Source of the DNA: Eubacteriales bacterium
GTDB taxonomy: Bacteria > Bacillota > Clostridia > Oscillospirales > CAG-272
Reading direction: 5' to 3'
Assembly: GCA_045647805.1 (NCBI GenBank)
Contig: JAZRMT010000146.1
Span: forward strand, 24-64,023
DNA: 64,000 nucleotides
Shown here piece after piece: positions 9,649-19,092 of the stretch (position 1 is the first letter of the stretch; each line of letters starts with the position of its first letter). A model generated the notes under the pieces. The model saw only the letters and a list, made by a program, of their open reading frames with translations, was not told the origin of the DNA and ran no database searches. The position numbers were made by a program, and so were the translations under genes.

Positions 9649-11622
9649 ATGGAGATTGATATGGAAAAATGGAAAAAACGCTCGATAGACCTGTTGACGT
9701 CGTTGGCGTTCGGAAGTAAGGGGGATCCCTCGGTCGTGCCCTATTACCCTCAGAAGACCGAGATATCTTCGATTGAGACAAAGTATTTTAAGCGTGCGGT
9801 TCCCGAGAAGCACGGCATTTCATCTAAACGTATATATAATATGCTTGCAGAGCTTGAGGCGGAGCAGAGGGCTAATATACATAGCATTCTGATACTCAAG
9901 GACGGCGAGGTAATTGCAGAATCTGCAAGAGACGGATACGGTATTAACACCTGGCATCTGTCTCATTCTATGTCGAAGAGTATAACCGGAATAGCTATGG
10001 GATTTCTTTTCGATGACGGTGTTCTTAACCTTGGCAGTAAGGTTGCGGAGCTTTTCCCCGACGTGAAATATAAGGATAAGCGTTTTGCGGATATTACCGT
10101 GGAGATGCTTCTCTCTATGACCGCGGGAGTTTCCTTTAACGAGGCGGGAGCGGTTACCGAGACCGATTGGCTGGCTACTTTCTTTGAATCCTCGCTTAAG
10201 TTCGCTCCTGGAACCAAGTTTTTATACAACAGCATGAATTCCTACGTTCTTGCCAGGATAGTTGAAAAGCTTTCGGGTATGCGTTTTATTGATTATCTGG
10301 ATAAGCGTTTGTTTTCTCCCCTTGCGATACGCAATTATTTCTGGGAAAGAGGACCTGAGGGGGTAGAGAAGGGCGGCTGGGGCCTTTATATGTCTCCCGA
10401 GAGCTGGGCAAAGGTAGGTCTTATGATGCTTTCCGGTGGACTTTATCAAGGTCAGAGAGTGCTTTCCTCCGCGTGGGTGAAGCTTTCGACGGCGTTTCAC
10501 GCCGAATCTCCTATGTCAACGGGAGATTTCAATTACGGATACCAGCTTTGGGTTGGAAGAGAGACAAACGAGATACTGTTTAACGGAATGCTCGGACAGA
10601 ACGTCTGGATATGTCCTAAGAACAAGATCGTAGCAGTGGTATTTTCGGGTAATAACGAGCTGTTCCAGGATAGCCCGACGGTTGATATAATACGCAGGCA
10701 TCTCGGATGCCGTATAGACGACGTTACCGAAAAGGAAGACGTCAAGATGCTTACGGAGAAGGAAAGCACCTTCTTTAACAGCCGAAGATGGGTTGTTCCT
10801 CTTGAAAAGAAGAGGGGCCTTCTTCATTGGCTCGGAATAAAGCCTAAGGCTCCCTTTGACGAGCGATTCACCTCTTTGCTCGGTAGATACGTGTTTGGTG
10901 TTAATAATGTGGGAATACTTCCTCTTTTCGTCGGTGCGATGCAGAATAATCTCGATCAGAGAATCGAGGAGCTGATTTTCGAGCGTGATGCAGAGGAGCT
11001 TGTAATGAGAGTTCGGGAGAGCGGAAAGGAGTATGCTCTTCAGTGTGGATTCTACGAATACAAGGAGAACGTTATTGACGTAAGGGGCGAGAAATATATA
11101 GTTAAGATCATGGCATCGGCGCTCCTTAATACGAATAACGTTGGAGAATACAGAATAGAGTTTCTTCTGCCCGAGATGCCCAATACGAGATATCTTTGTA
11201 TAACAAGGGCGTCGGAGGGGACGATAAGGCTCGATTTTTCCGAGATGCCCAACAACAGAATAGTGGACAGCCTGCTTGCTAAGGCTATTGACGGTAACGG
11301 GGCGTTAGGGTTTGCTATCGACCTTGTGGAGCGTAAGTTTGGCGAGGGCGTTATCGAAAAGAAGCTTGAGAGAACCTTCTCCCCCTCACTCCTCGGAGCA
11401 AACGTTGACTACGAGGGATATGAGTCGATAATAGAGCAGGAGAACAGCAAGGCGGCTTATGAGTCCTTTGGCGTAAGGCTTTTACGCTCTATTGTGGATA
11501 AGTTCTTCAAGGAAGATAAGAGCGATTCCGAACAGACTGCGGCGGACGCGGATGGTACAAATGTGGCAGAAGCTGCTGCAAAAACCTTGGAGGAAACCGA
11601 AACAGCGGTCGAAACAGAATAA
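9649..11622 (+). CDS. Serine hydrolase of the beta-lactamase/transpeptidase fold with a roughly 300-aa C-terminal extension
   Basis: S-x-x-K motif (SHSMSKSITG) in an N-terminal domain typical of class C beta-lactamase-like esterases. The start is taken at the first ATG (9649), whereas the track begins at a TTG at 9637. Confidence 0.8.
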   Translation: MEIDMEKWKKRSIDLLTSLAFGSKGDPSVVPYYPQKTEISSIETKYFKRAVPEKHGISSKRIYNMLAELEAEQRANIHSILILKDGEVIAESARDGYGINTWHLSHSMSKSITGIAMGFLFDDGVLNLGSKVAELFPDVKYKDKRFADITVEMLLSMTAGVSFNEAGAVTETDWLATFFESSLKFAPGTKFLYNSMNSYVLARIVEKLSGMRFIDYLDKRLFSPLAIRNYFWERGPEGVEKGGWGLYMSPESWAKVGLMMLSGGLYQGQRVLSSAWVKLSTAFHAESPMSTGDFNYGYQLWVGRETNEILFNGMLGQNVWICPKNKIVAVVFSGNNELFQDSPTVDIIRRHLGCRIDDVTEKEDVKMLTEKESTFFNSRRWVVPLEKKRGLLHWLGIKPKAPFDERFTSLLGRYVFGVNNVGILPLFVGAMQNNLDQRIEELIFERDAEELVMRVRESGKEYALQCGFYEYKENVIDVRGEKYIVKIMASALLNTNNVGEYRIEFLLPEMPNTRYLCITRASEGTIRLDFSEMPNNRIVDSLLAKAIDGNGALGFAIDLVERKFGEGVIEKKLERTFSPSLLGANVDYEGYESIIEQENSKAAYESFGVRLLRSIVDKFFKEDKSDSEQTAADADGTNVAEAAAKTLEETETAVETE

Positions 11623-11629
11623 TAGATTT

Positions 11630-11671
11630 AGCCACAATATGCAAACTACTATTTGCATATTGTGGCTTTTA
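11630..11671 (+). terminator. Rho-independent terminator after the hydrolase gene
   Basis: AGCCACAATATGCAAA pairs with TTTGCATATTGTGGCT and is followed by a T-rich tail. Confidence 0.75.
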
Positions 11672-11696
11672 TCTCTGAAAATATAAAAAACAATAA

Positions 11697-11741
11697 AGAA
11701 AAAGTGCTTATGATGCTTGCTGCATCATAAGCACTTTTTGC
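11697..11741. terminator. Bidirectional terminator, serving the minus-strand PC4-like gene
   Basis: AAAGTGCTTATGATGC pairs with GCATCATAAGCACTTT. It is flanked by an A-run and a T-run. Confidence 0.75.
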
Positions 11742-11762
11742 ACCGATGTTTGCCAAACTCAA

Positions 11763-11987
11763 TTAGTCGAGGTTGAGCTTGTTAAGCATATCGCGAAGAA
11801 CCTTTGCCTCTTCGGCAGAGATGGTGATACCCTTACCCATCTTCTCATGATCAGGAGACCATGTGCGGATGTCATAAACGGGCTCTCTCTCGTTCCAGCT
11901 GATAAGGTTAAGCTCCTTGTTCCAGCCGTTGTTGCCTTCGCTTACGATGCCGATCTTGTCTACTACTTCATACTTGATCTCAGGCAT
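11763..11987 (-). CDS. YdbC/PC4-like single-stranded DNA-binding small protein
   Basis: AAGGAG RBS. The 74-aa product contains GWNKELNLISWNEREPVYDIRTWSPDHEKMGKGITIS, which matches my recollection of the bacterial PC4-like YdbC family. Confidence 0.75.
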   Translation of the reverse strand: MPEIKYEVVDKIGIVSEGNNGWNKELNLISWNEREPVYDIRTWSPDHEKMGKGITISAEEAKVLRDMLNKLNLD

Positions 11988-12445
11988 TTCTCTTCTCCTT
12001 ATTATATTTAAAAATAGTATTTTAGTTTATTTTACCATATATTATTTTAAATGTCAAGGAATATGTAGAAATAAGCCGAAAAAAATGTGAATAAATTGTA
12101 AATTTAATCATAATTTGGATTATTTTTTTCGTAGAGAGTTAAAGCTTCACTTTTGCATAGCAATCGTTGCCGTATTCGATTCTTTTTCGCTGCATTTGAA
12201 TTGCTCAAGGAATTTGAAGTATTCCTTGCGGCTACCGAAGGTAGGAGAATAGCTCTCGATTATCTTTTTTTATTATAGTTTAGCATACGTTGATAAAAAA
12301 ACAAGAGGGCGGTTTGAAAAAGCGATATGCTGTTTCAATTGTTGAGCAATCGGTGTCAGAATTTGTGTTTTTGAGCAATTCGGTATTTACAAAATCTTTT
12401 ATTTGTGTTAAAATTAAAAAAACAGACCGAAAGGAATTTATAGAT

Positions 12446-13309
12446 ATGAAAATCGGAGTTTCTTCTTATAGCTTTTCAAAGTACCTGACCGAAACAGGAT
12501 GCGGTTATCTCAAAATATGTGACATTGCCAAGGAAATCGGCTTCGACGGAATTGAATTCGTTGGGCTGAACAACAAGAGCTGGGGCATAGAGGGCGACGA
12601 GATAGAGATAGCTCGTGAGATACGCACCCATTGTGAGAAGATCGGGCTTGAAATTGCAGCGTATACGGTTGGTGCGAATCTTTTGGCTGATGATATTGAC
12701 GCTGAGGTTGCAAGGCTCAAAGGCTGCGTTGACGTTTGCGAGGCACTTGGTGCAACCGTTATGAGACACGACATTGCGTTTAAGCTTCGTGATATTCCGC
12801 TTTACTCCTACGAGGATGCTATTGAGGAAATGGCACCCCGCATCAGAGAGATAGCCGACTACGCTGCATTTAAGGGAATTCGTACATGCTCGGAGAACCA
12901 CGGCTTTGTTTTTCAGGCTCCAGAGAGGGTTGAGGAGCTTATTCTGACGGTAAATCATAAGAATTACGGCTGGCTTTGCGATATGGGCAATTTCCTCTGT
13001 GCTGATTGCGATCCTGCCGAGTCGGTTTATATTGCCGCTCCCTATACTGTTCATGCTCACGCAAAGGACTTTTTGTTCAAGCCTGCCGATATTGAGAAGC
13101 CCGAGGGGTATCAGATAACTACCGTTATGGGAAATCACATCAGAGGCACCGTAGTCGGTCACGGAGTAGTTCCGGTCAGGCAGTGCATTAATATACTGAA
13201 GAGAGCGGGATATGACGGATATCTCTCTCTTGAATTTGAGGGCCTTGAGGACAATATTGCTGCCATAAAAGCGGGATACTGTAACCTTAAGAAATATGTT
13301 AGCTGCTGA
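12446..13309 (+). CDS. Sugar phosphate isomerase/epimerase (xylose isomerase-like TIM barrel)
   Basis: The start is moved to ATG 12446 (MKIGVSSYSF...), which follows AAAGGAA. The track's upstream TTG extension has poor composition. The pattern of domain motifs (GFDGIEF, ENH, AHAKD, SLEFE) is typical of the AP endonuclease 2/xylose isomerase-like fold. Confidence 0.8.
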   Translation: MKIGVSSYSFSKYLTETGCGYLKICDIAKEIGFDGIEFVGLNNKSWGIEGDEIEIAREIRTHCEKIGLEIAAYTVGANLLADDIDAEVARLKGCVDVCEALGATVMRHDIAFKLRDIPLYSYEDAIEEMAPRIREIADYAAFKGIRTCSENHGFVFQAPERVEELILTVNHKNYGWLCDMGNFLCADCDPAESVYIAAPYTVHAHAKDFLFKPADIEKPEGYQITTVMGNHIRGTVVGHGVVPVRQCINILKRAGYDGYLSLEFEGLEDNIAAIKAGYCNLKKYVSC

Positions 13310-13337
13310 TCTGCCGCCTATATTAGAGTAAAAATAG

Positions 13338-13410
13338 AAAAGAGCGATTGATTTAAAATGCGTGCCAAAGCCGTCTTGCTTTGGTGGGTTTCATATCAAT
13401 CGCTCTTTTT
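13338..13410. terminator. Compound hairpin between convergent genes, probably a bidirectional terminator
   Basis: Outer stem AAAAGAGCGATTGAT pairs with ATCAATCGCTCTTTT. An inner hairpin pairs CCAAAGC with GCTTTGG. Confidence 0.5.
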
Positions 13411-13419
13411 ATTAATGAA

Positions 13420-14904
13420 TTATTTCTTTTTCCAAGCGGAAAGCTCACCCTGATACTCTGCAAGGAAGTCTTCACCGATCTTTTCGAACTGACCGCAGGC
13501 GTAATCGCCGTTAAAGCCGAATACCGCACTCATAAGTCCAAAGTAACGGTCGATGATCTGTACGGTAACGATGATCTTCTTTTCCTCGAGCCAGGTCGCG
13601 GAGACTGCATCCTTATACATAAATCCGTCCTCGGTTCGAATACCTCCGAAGTCGTTGGAATAACCGAGCTGGGGGAACCTGCCGAATACGTTGTGATTGA
13701 TGCCGAAGGGGATCTCCTTGTTGCCCTGGGCGTTGGTGTAGCAGAATACGCCATCCTTGCCGTCCTCGGAGAATTTGAAGTAGAATTCGGTGATGCCCAT
13801 ACGGTTTTGCGCACACTCGTATTTAACACCGTCAAGCTCCTTTCTGAAGGGGCTGTCCTCGGCTCCGGTTTCGGAGTAGAGAGTAAGGTTGGAGGTTCTG
13901 TCTAGGAGAAGCTTCTCTGCCGCCTTGTTCTCGGGGAGGGGATCGGCACTGATGTTATCTACGATGATGTCGAAGAATGCGTTTACAAGCCCGGTTCTGA
14001 TCCTGTTATCGGTACCCTGGTGGTCTGCGGTGCAGACAAACACGAGGTCGTGATCGGGAAGGCAGATGGTTATCTCATCGCCCATACCGAGGAATCCGAA
14101 GCCGTTCTGCTCGGTTCTCCATATCTGATAGCCGTAGCCGTGAGAATAGGGACCTTTTTTCCAGGAAGAGCGGTTATCAACCTGCTTGGAGGTTGCCTCC
14201 TTGATAAACTCCTCGTTCATAAGGCGTTTTCCTTCCCATACTCCGCCGTTCATAAGCAGCTGACCGAAGGATGCCATATCTCTGGTTGTGCAGAGAAGCG
14301 CAGAGTCGCCCCAGGACGCACCGTCTCTGGTCTTGAGAATCTCGGCGGTCTTGAAGGTACCCATGTGATTGAAGAGCTTCTTTCTGAGATACTCGAGCAA
14401 GGGCATTCCCGAGAGCTTTTCAACTATCTCGCAAAGAACCTGCGAGCCTGCGCTGTCGTATTCCCATACCGTGCCTGCGGGGTGGCATCTGGTACGCTCC
14501 TTAAAGTAAATATCAATTCTGGAGGGGTTCTTGGTTTCAAGAAACCAGTTGACGGGGTTGCCGACGGTATTCATGGTAAGAAGATTTTTAATAGTTTGAA
14601 GATCGAGATACTCGTGCGTACCCTTGTATTCGGGGAAGACGTCTATCAGCCTGTCGTCAAGTTTAAGCTTGCCTTCCTCAATGAGAAGTCCGATGGCGAT
14701 TGCCGTATAGCTCTTGGTCTGAGAATACATTCTGTGGCAGAAATCCTTGTCGAATGGTGCCCAATAATTCTCGGTGACGATCTTGCCATGTCTCATAATG
14801 AGAAGGCTGTGCATTATTGCGTCACGCTTTTCGATTCTGTCGATAAACTTCGCTATTTTTGCAGAGGATATGCCTGCTTCTTCGGGAGTAATCTTTTCAA
14901 ACAT
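13420..14904 (-). CDS. Serine hydrolase of the beta-lactamase/transpeptidase fold
   Basis: 494-aa ORF with the S-x-x-K motif (YSQTKSYTA). It is a paralogue in type of the 9649-11622 gene. Confidence 0.8.
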   Translation of the reverse strand: MFEKITPEEAGISSAKIAKFIDRIEKRDAIMHSLLIMRHGKIVTENYWAPFDKDFCHRMYSQTKSYTAIAIGLLIEEGKLKLDDRLIDVFPEYKGTHEYLDLQTIKNLLTMNTVGNPVNWFLETKNPSRIDIYFKERTRCHPAGTVWEYDSAGSQVLCEIVEKLSGMPLLEYLRKKLFNHMGTFKTAEILKTRDGASWGDSALLCTTRDMASFGQLLMNGGVWEGKRLMNEEFIKEATSKQVDNRSSWKKGPYSHGYGYQIWRTEQNGFGFLGMGDEITICLPDHDLVFVCTADHQGTDNRIRTGLVNAFFDIIVDNISADPLPENKAAEKLLLDRTSNLTLYSETGAEDSPFRKELDGVKYECAQNRMGITEFYFKFSEDGKDGVFCYTNAQGNKEIPFGINHNVFGRFPQLGYSNDFGGIRTEDGFMYKDAVSATWLEEKKIIVTVQIIDRYFGLMSAVFGFNGDYACGQFEKIGEDFLAEYQGELSAWKKK

Positions 14905-14931
14905 GGTTCCGTTCCTTTCAGGTAAATATGC

Positions 14932-16446
14932 CTATTTTTCTATAATATGCAAAGTTGGGTTTACAATTTGGTCGCAAGCGGCGACGCTGGTCTGCCTTAC
15001 CGCCATAAGACGCATTCCGATGTTCTCGATGATGTTTCTGGCAGGGAGGGGAAGCTCACGCATCTCCTTGGAGTTGATCTGCTTAGACTTCGACACGATG
15101 GATATGTATCTGTCGTAGATGGTTGAATTGAGAAGGGCAAACAGACCAAAGGCAAGCCTCGGGCAGATCTCACAGTTCTTATCCTTGGTGTCTATAAAGT
15201 TGATTTTGTTATGGGTGCTGATGTACTTATATGCGGGGAGCTGAGCCGCCATATATATGGAGGCGTTTACAAATCTGTCGTCGCTTTTTGCCGGAACTCT
15301 CTTGATTATAACCATATTTTTGTTCTTCTGAACTAGGCTGGGGTTTACGGGGGCGACGTACTGACGTTTTATCGGCTGGGGGAACTGTATCTGTCCCGAC
15401 TTCATATGTGAGGGGCGGATTACGGGAACCGAGGTCTTTATCGGCTCGGTAAAGAGAAGTCCCTCGCACTTGGAGTCGATTATCAGTCCGGTAGACATTT
15501 TAAGTCCGAGGCCCGACAGCGTTTCGGGGAAGCTCGAAATATACTTGACGATTTTGGTATCCTCGGCGTTCTTCGGGAGGGTGAGAACACCGTCCTCCTT
15601 ATCAACGACGAAATCGTAAGGAAGAGGGGGAAGCTCTGTGACGTCCTTTCCGGAGTCGGAGGAGGTGGAAATGGTCACCGTCTCGGGCTTTTCGCATTTA
15701 CCGTATGCGAGTATAACGGTTTTTTTAAGCGGAATGGCACGGCGTGCATTTTTCTGCTTGCCGATAAAGAGGTGTATTCTCTCAAGAGAGAGCTCTGCCG
15801 CCATTTCCTTACGGAAGGATGTAAGGGCGGATGCGCTTGCGACAAGTGTGGGAAGCATAATAACCAGCTGTCCCTTGTCCTCCAGATGTCTCTTTGCAAG
15901 CTTTGCGAAAAGGAAGGCGGTGCTGATTTTAAGCTGGGTTACTCCACCGACAGTTTCACACTCGGGAGTGCTCTTGCCGATAAGATCCATAGGGGGATTG
16001 CATATAATTATATCGAACTTATCCTCCACCACGTCGTCAAAGAAGCTGACGGTGTAGTGGTTCTTGGAGTCGGTGAGATAGTTCTCCTCGTATACGGTGA
16101 TATAAAGCTTTACGTTATAGTCGTGACGGCATTTTTTTCGTATTCTCTCCAGGTTGTCCTTAAGCATAGGTATGAACACCGGATCGTTTTCATAGCAGGT
16201 CACAAATATCTGCTTGCAAGAGGAATACTTCTTGCATATTTCCTCGATAGCTGCCGCAGTAAGAATACCGGTTCCCGCTCCGGGATCGAGCACTGTGTAT
16301 ACCGTTTTGCCCTCGTCCAGACGTAGCATTCCCGCCATAAGGCGTGCCGTATCCTTTTTTGTGAAAAGTCTGCCGAGACGGATGTTCTCGCTTTTTGATT
16401 TTTCTCTTATTAGCTTTCCTGTGTTTCTTACTGCAAGGGCAAGCAT
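14932..16446 (-). CDS. Gamma-class N6-adenine DNA methyltransferase-like protein with a TaqI_C/Eco57I-type C-terminal recognition domain. The catalytic motif reads NPPM.
   Basis: The start is moved to the ATG 5 nt after GGAGG (MLALAVRN...). AdoMet motif I is LDPGAGTGILT and precedes motif IV, IIICNPPMD. The C-terminal LFALLNSTIYDRYISIVSKS...MRELPLP resembles target-recognition domains of type II gamma methyltransferases. Confidence 0.75.
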   Translation of the reverse strand: MLALAVRNTGKLIREKSKSENIRLGRLFTKKDTARLMAGMLRLDEGKTVYTVLDPGAGTGILTAAAIEEICKKYSSCKQIFVTCYENDPVFIPMLKDNLERIRKKCRHDYNVKLYITVYEENYLTDSKNHYTVSFFDDVVEDKFDIIICNPPMDLIGKSTPECETVGGVTQLKISTAFLFAKLAKRHLEDKGQLVIMLPTLVASASALTSFRKEMAAELSLERIHLFIGKQKNARRAIPLKKTVILAYGKCEKPETVTISTSSDSGKDVTELPPLPYDFVVDKEDGVLTLPKNAEDTKIVKYISSFPETLSGLGLKMSTGLIIDSKCEGLLFTEPIKTSVPVIRPSHMKSGQIQFPQPIKRQYVAPVNPSLVQKNKNMVIIKRVPAKSDDRFVNASIYMAAQLPAYKYISTHNKINFIDTKDKNCEICPRLAFGLFALLNSTIYDRYISIVSKSKQINSKEMRELPLPARNIIENIGMRLMAVRQTSVAACDQIVNPTLHIIEK

Positions 16447-16672
16447 GGGTACCTCCAAAATAGTATAAAAAAATTCCCTTCCGGGGGGAGACATTTCTGC
16501 CTTAAAATATTTGATATTATTTTATCATATATTTTTAAATTTGGCAAGACATTTTTAAAGTTTTTTTAATAAAAATATTGCAAAAAAAGAGAAAAGATGT
16601 TATACTAAAATAAATAAGTATATTTTTGCGGCGAAAGCCGATGAGATCTTCAAGAAAAGGCAGGTCAGGTTT

Positions 16673-17824
16673 ATGAGTGATACGAAGCAGTCCTCGGGAC
16701 TTAAATTTCTTCATTGCGCGGATATCCATCTGGATACCCCCTTTACGGGACTTTCTCCCGAGAAGAGTGATGAGCGCAGAAGAGGGCTTCGCGCTACCTT
16801 CATGAGAATGATGGAATACGTACGTAACGGCGGTATAGATTACGTATTTATAAGCGGAGACCTTTTTGATACAGATTATGCCACCAACGGCACGGCGGAG
16901 CTTCTGATAAGGGAATTCCGTAACTGCCCCGAAACAATATTTATTATTGCTCCCGGTAAGCACGATGCGTACGAGAACAACCCCATATATTCCACCGAAA
17001 GACTGCCCGATAACTGCTTTGTTTTTGATTCCGACAGGCTTTCACGCTTTGATTTCGGTGAGGATAAGCTCACTGTTTACGGCTGGGGCTTTGTTGGCGA
17101 AAGAATAACCGAAAATCCGCTTTACGATAAGCAGGTTGACGATATTTCCAAGATCAACATCGTTTGCGGATATGCGGACCTTGATGCGGATCTCGAGTCT
17201 TCACTTTGCCCGATATCCACCGAGGATCTTAAGCGTTTTGGTGCCGATTACTATGCTCTCGGCTCAAGGCACGAGGGCGGCGAGTTTGTAAATCTCGATG
17301 ATTCGCTGTACGGCTATCCCGGAGCTCTCGAGTCTACCGGCTTTGACGAGCCTGGTATGGGAGGCGCAAAGCTTATTGCGGTAAGGTATAACAATGGCGA
17401 GCTTTCTATTGATGCTAAAAACATGAGCTTCGGTCAGATCGCCTTCAGAAAGGATTCCATTGATATTACCGGTGTGGATGCCAACAACGAGATCATCAAC
17501 CGTGTCAGCCGTCTTGTAAGCGAAAAGAAATACGGTGCGGAGACGGCGCTTAAGCTGGAGCTTGTCGGATACATAGAACCCAGATTCATAGTACCGAGAA
17601 ATCTCGGAAGCGATGCATTCGGGCTTTATTCGCTTGAAATAATCGATAAGACGATGCCGCTTTACGGTACCGAGAAGCTCGGACGAGATATGACTGTTAA
17701 GGGCGAGGTTTACAGAAGGCTTCTTCCTCTTCTCGAAAGTGAGGATGAGGAGGAAAGACTTGTTGCAGCGAGGGCATTCAGAGAAGCACTTGCGGCTCTT
17801 GAGAACAGAGAAATAGATACTTAA
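16673..17824 (+). CDS. Metallophosphoesterase, SbcD/YhaO-like DNA repair exonuclease
   Basis: Calcineurin-like phosphoesterase motifs LKFLHCADIHLDTPF and DYVFISGDLFD. Confidence 0.75.
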   Translation: MSDTKQSSGLKFLHCADIHLDTPFTGLSPEKSDERRRGLRATFMRMMEYVRNGGIDYVFISGDLFDTDYATNGTAELLIREFRNCPETIFIIAPGKHDAYENNPIYSTERLPDNCFVFDSDRLSRFDFGEDKLTVYGWGFVGERITENPLYDKQVDDISKINIVCGYADLDADLESSLCPISTEDLKRFGADYYALGSRHEGGEFVNLDDSLYGYPGALESTGFDEPGMGGAKLIAVRYNNGELSIDAKNMSFGQIAFRKDSIDITGVDANNEIINRVSRLVSEKKYGAETALKLELVGYIEPRFIVPRNLGSDAFGLYSLEIIDKTMPLYGTEKLGRDMTVKGEVYRRLLPLLESEDEEERLVAARAFREALAALENREIDT

Positions 17825-17830
17825 AGAAAG

Positions 17831-17866
17831 AAACCGGCTTCGGAGTAGAAATCCGAAGCCGGTTTT
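17831..17866 (+). terminator. Rho-independent terminator
   Basis: AAACCGGCTTCGGA pairs with TCCGAAGCCGGTTT and is followed by a T-tail. Confidence 0.8.
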
Positions 17867-18123
17867 GCATAAAAAAAAGGAGCTGTAAAGCCCCGACCAC
17901 TTATTATTTTATCATAAAAGTCTGCCTCTTGTCAATATACTTGTAGCAAGATTTAGAAAATATTAACGTTTGGATAAAATATTCAAAAAAATCAAAGAAA
18001 TTTTGTAAAAACTGTTTATTTTTCACAAAAAGTATGTTATAATAAAGATGCGAAGGAAACTTCGCAACATTAGGAAAGGATGCCCTCGGGTGAGGGTGCT
18101 CCCTATGGGGAGTGGATTATGGA

Positions 18124-18648
18124 ATGAAGATCACGATTTACGGAAAGCAGATGACGGTACGCGAGAGCCTTAAGGCGGCGGTTGAAAAGAAGCTTGCAAA
18201 ATTCAACAAGTTCTTCGGTGAGGATACGGAGGCCTTCGTAACCTGCAAGGTTCGCAAGGAGGTAAAGATCATCGAAATTACCGTGAATTATCTTGGCACT
18301 ACGTTCAGGAGTGAGGATGAGAGCGAGACCTTCATTACTGCACTGGACAGAGCGATCGAGGGGCTCGAAAGGCAAATAAGGAAGAACAAGACACGTGTTG
18401 AAAAGATGATGAAGAAGGGTGCCTTTGTTATCGAGGAGGATGATGACGACGAATACGTCGAGGAGGACGAATTCGAGATCAGAGTCAAGACCTTCCCCTT
18501 TAAGCCGATGACGCCTGAGGAGGCTATACTTCAGATGAATCTTATCGGTCATGAGTTCTTTGCTTTTACCGATTCGGAAAGCGGAGACGTTTGTGTTGTA
18601 TATAAGCGTAAGGCAGGAAGCTACGGTCTTATCGTGCCTGAAAAATAG
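18124..18648 (+). CDS. hpf: Ribosome hibernation promoting factor, long form
   Basis: The N-terminal domain is MKITIYGKQMTVRESLKAAVEKKLAKFNKFF. An acidic linker follows. The C-terminal dimerisation domain is KTFPFKPMTPEEAILQMNLIGHEFFAFTDSESGDVCVVYKRKAGSYGLIVPE. The start is taken at ATG 18124. Confidence 0.9.
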   Translation: MKITIYGKQMTVRESLKAAVEKKLAKFNKFFGEDTEAFVTCKVRKEVKIIEITVNYLGTTFRSEDESETFITALDRAIEGLERQIRKNKTRVEKMMKKGAFVIEEDDDDEYVEEDEFEIRVKTFPFKPMTPEEAILQMNLIGHEFFAFTDSESGDVCVVYKRKAGSYGLIVPEK

Positions 18649-18745
18649 TATGAATTATGAGGAGTAATAATGGGATGGATTTTCAAGAAAAATACAATAA
18701 AATCTATGCAAATTTAATAATCGATCTTTGAATTTTACTATTTTT

Positions 18746-18781
18746 GCCTCGGCTCTGAGAAATCTTGCCGAGGCTTTTTTA
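18746..18781 (+). terminator. Rho-independent terminator of hpf
   Basis: GCCTCGGC pairs with GCCGAGGC and is followed by TTTTTT. Confidence 0.8.
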
Positions 18782-19037
18782 TTGTATAACGAAAACCATA
18801 CGAAAGTTGCGTGGTTCGGTAGAGGTTGACCGATGATAAAAAACCAAACAAGGGATAGAGACAGTATGTATTATGTGAAAGGCTCCCTTCGGGATGGAGC
18901 TGGATTTTGCAAAGCAAAAGACTGAGGGAGAGTGCGGATGAGCAATCGAGGCTTAATTTGTGGGAACATACGTAGACTCCTTCCGTCTTGCTCCGCAAGC
19001 CACCTTCTCGCTGTGGCTCGGTCACTTCTCGGGGCAA

Positions 19038-19092
19038 CCTCATCCACCACTTCGTGGTCCCCCTTCCCCAACAGGGAAGGCTAACGAAGCCG
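19038..19092 (-). repeat. Copy of a structured intergenic repeat (core CCCTGTTGGGGAAGGGGGACC...GGTGGATGAGG) shared with 61918-61957 and 62139-62178
   Basis: CCTCATCCACCACTTCGTGGTCCCCCTTCCCCAACAGGGAAGGCTAA is nearly the reverse complement of the two copies near rbr. It contains the hairpin CCTTCCC-CAACA-GGGAAGG. Confidence 0.7.

Noticed and set aside
12133-12270. Minus-strand frame ending ...IIESYSPTFGSRKEYFKFLEQFKCSEKESNTATIAMQK*, a possible gene remnant
   Set aside because: It has only about 38 codons, no start codon or RBS, and no family I recognise. I cannot support it as a feature.
12290-12445. N-terminal extensions proposed by the ORF track: 12290 for the isomerase, 45181 for A3, 30228 for B2, 22459 for B1, 37147 for metY, 38486 for metA, 62911 for rbr and 16494 for the methyltransferase
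   Set aside because: In each case an internal ATG with a good Shine-Dalgarno sequence begins the recognisable protein or signal peptide. The upstream extension is AT-rich, lacks an RBS, or overlaps the predicted promoter.
14020-14925. ORF 14020-14925 (+), 301 aa
   Set aside because: It is antisense to the serine hydrolase gene (13420-14904), which has the SxxK motif and an RBS. It has no recognisable motifs.
14932-17824. Methyltransferase plus divergent SbcD-like nuclease as a restriction-modification or defence pair
   Set aside because: The phosphoesterase has the standard YhaO/SbcD repair-nuclease motifs and no specificity or ATPase partner. The genes are divergent, not co-transcribed. 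Nothing else defence-like (helicase, ATPase, toxin) is adjacent.
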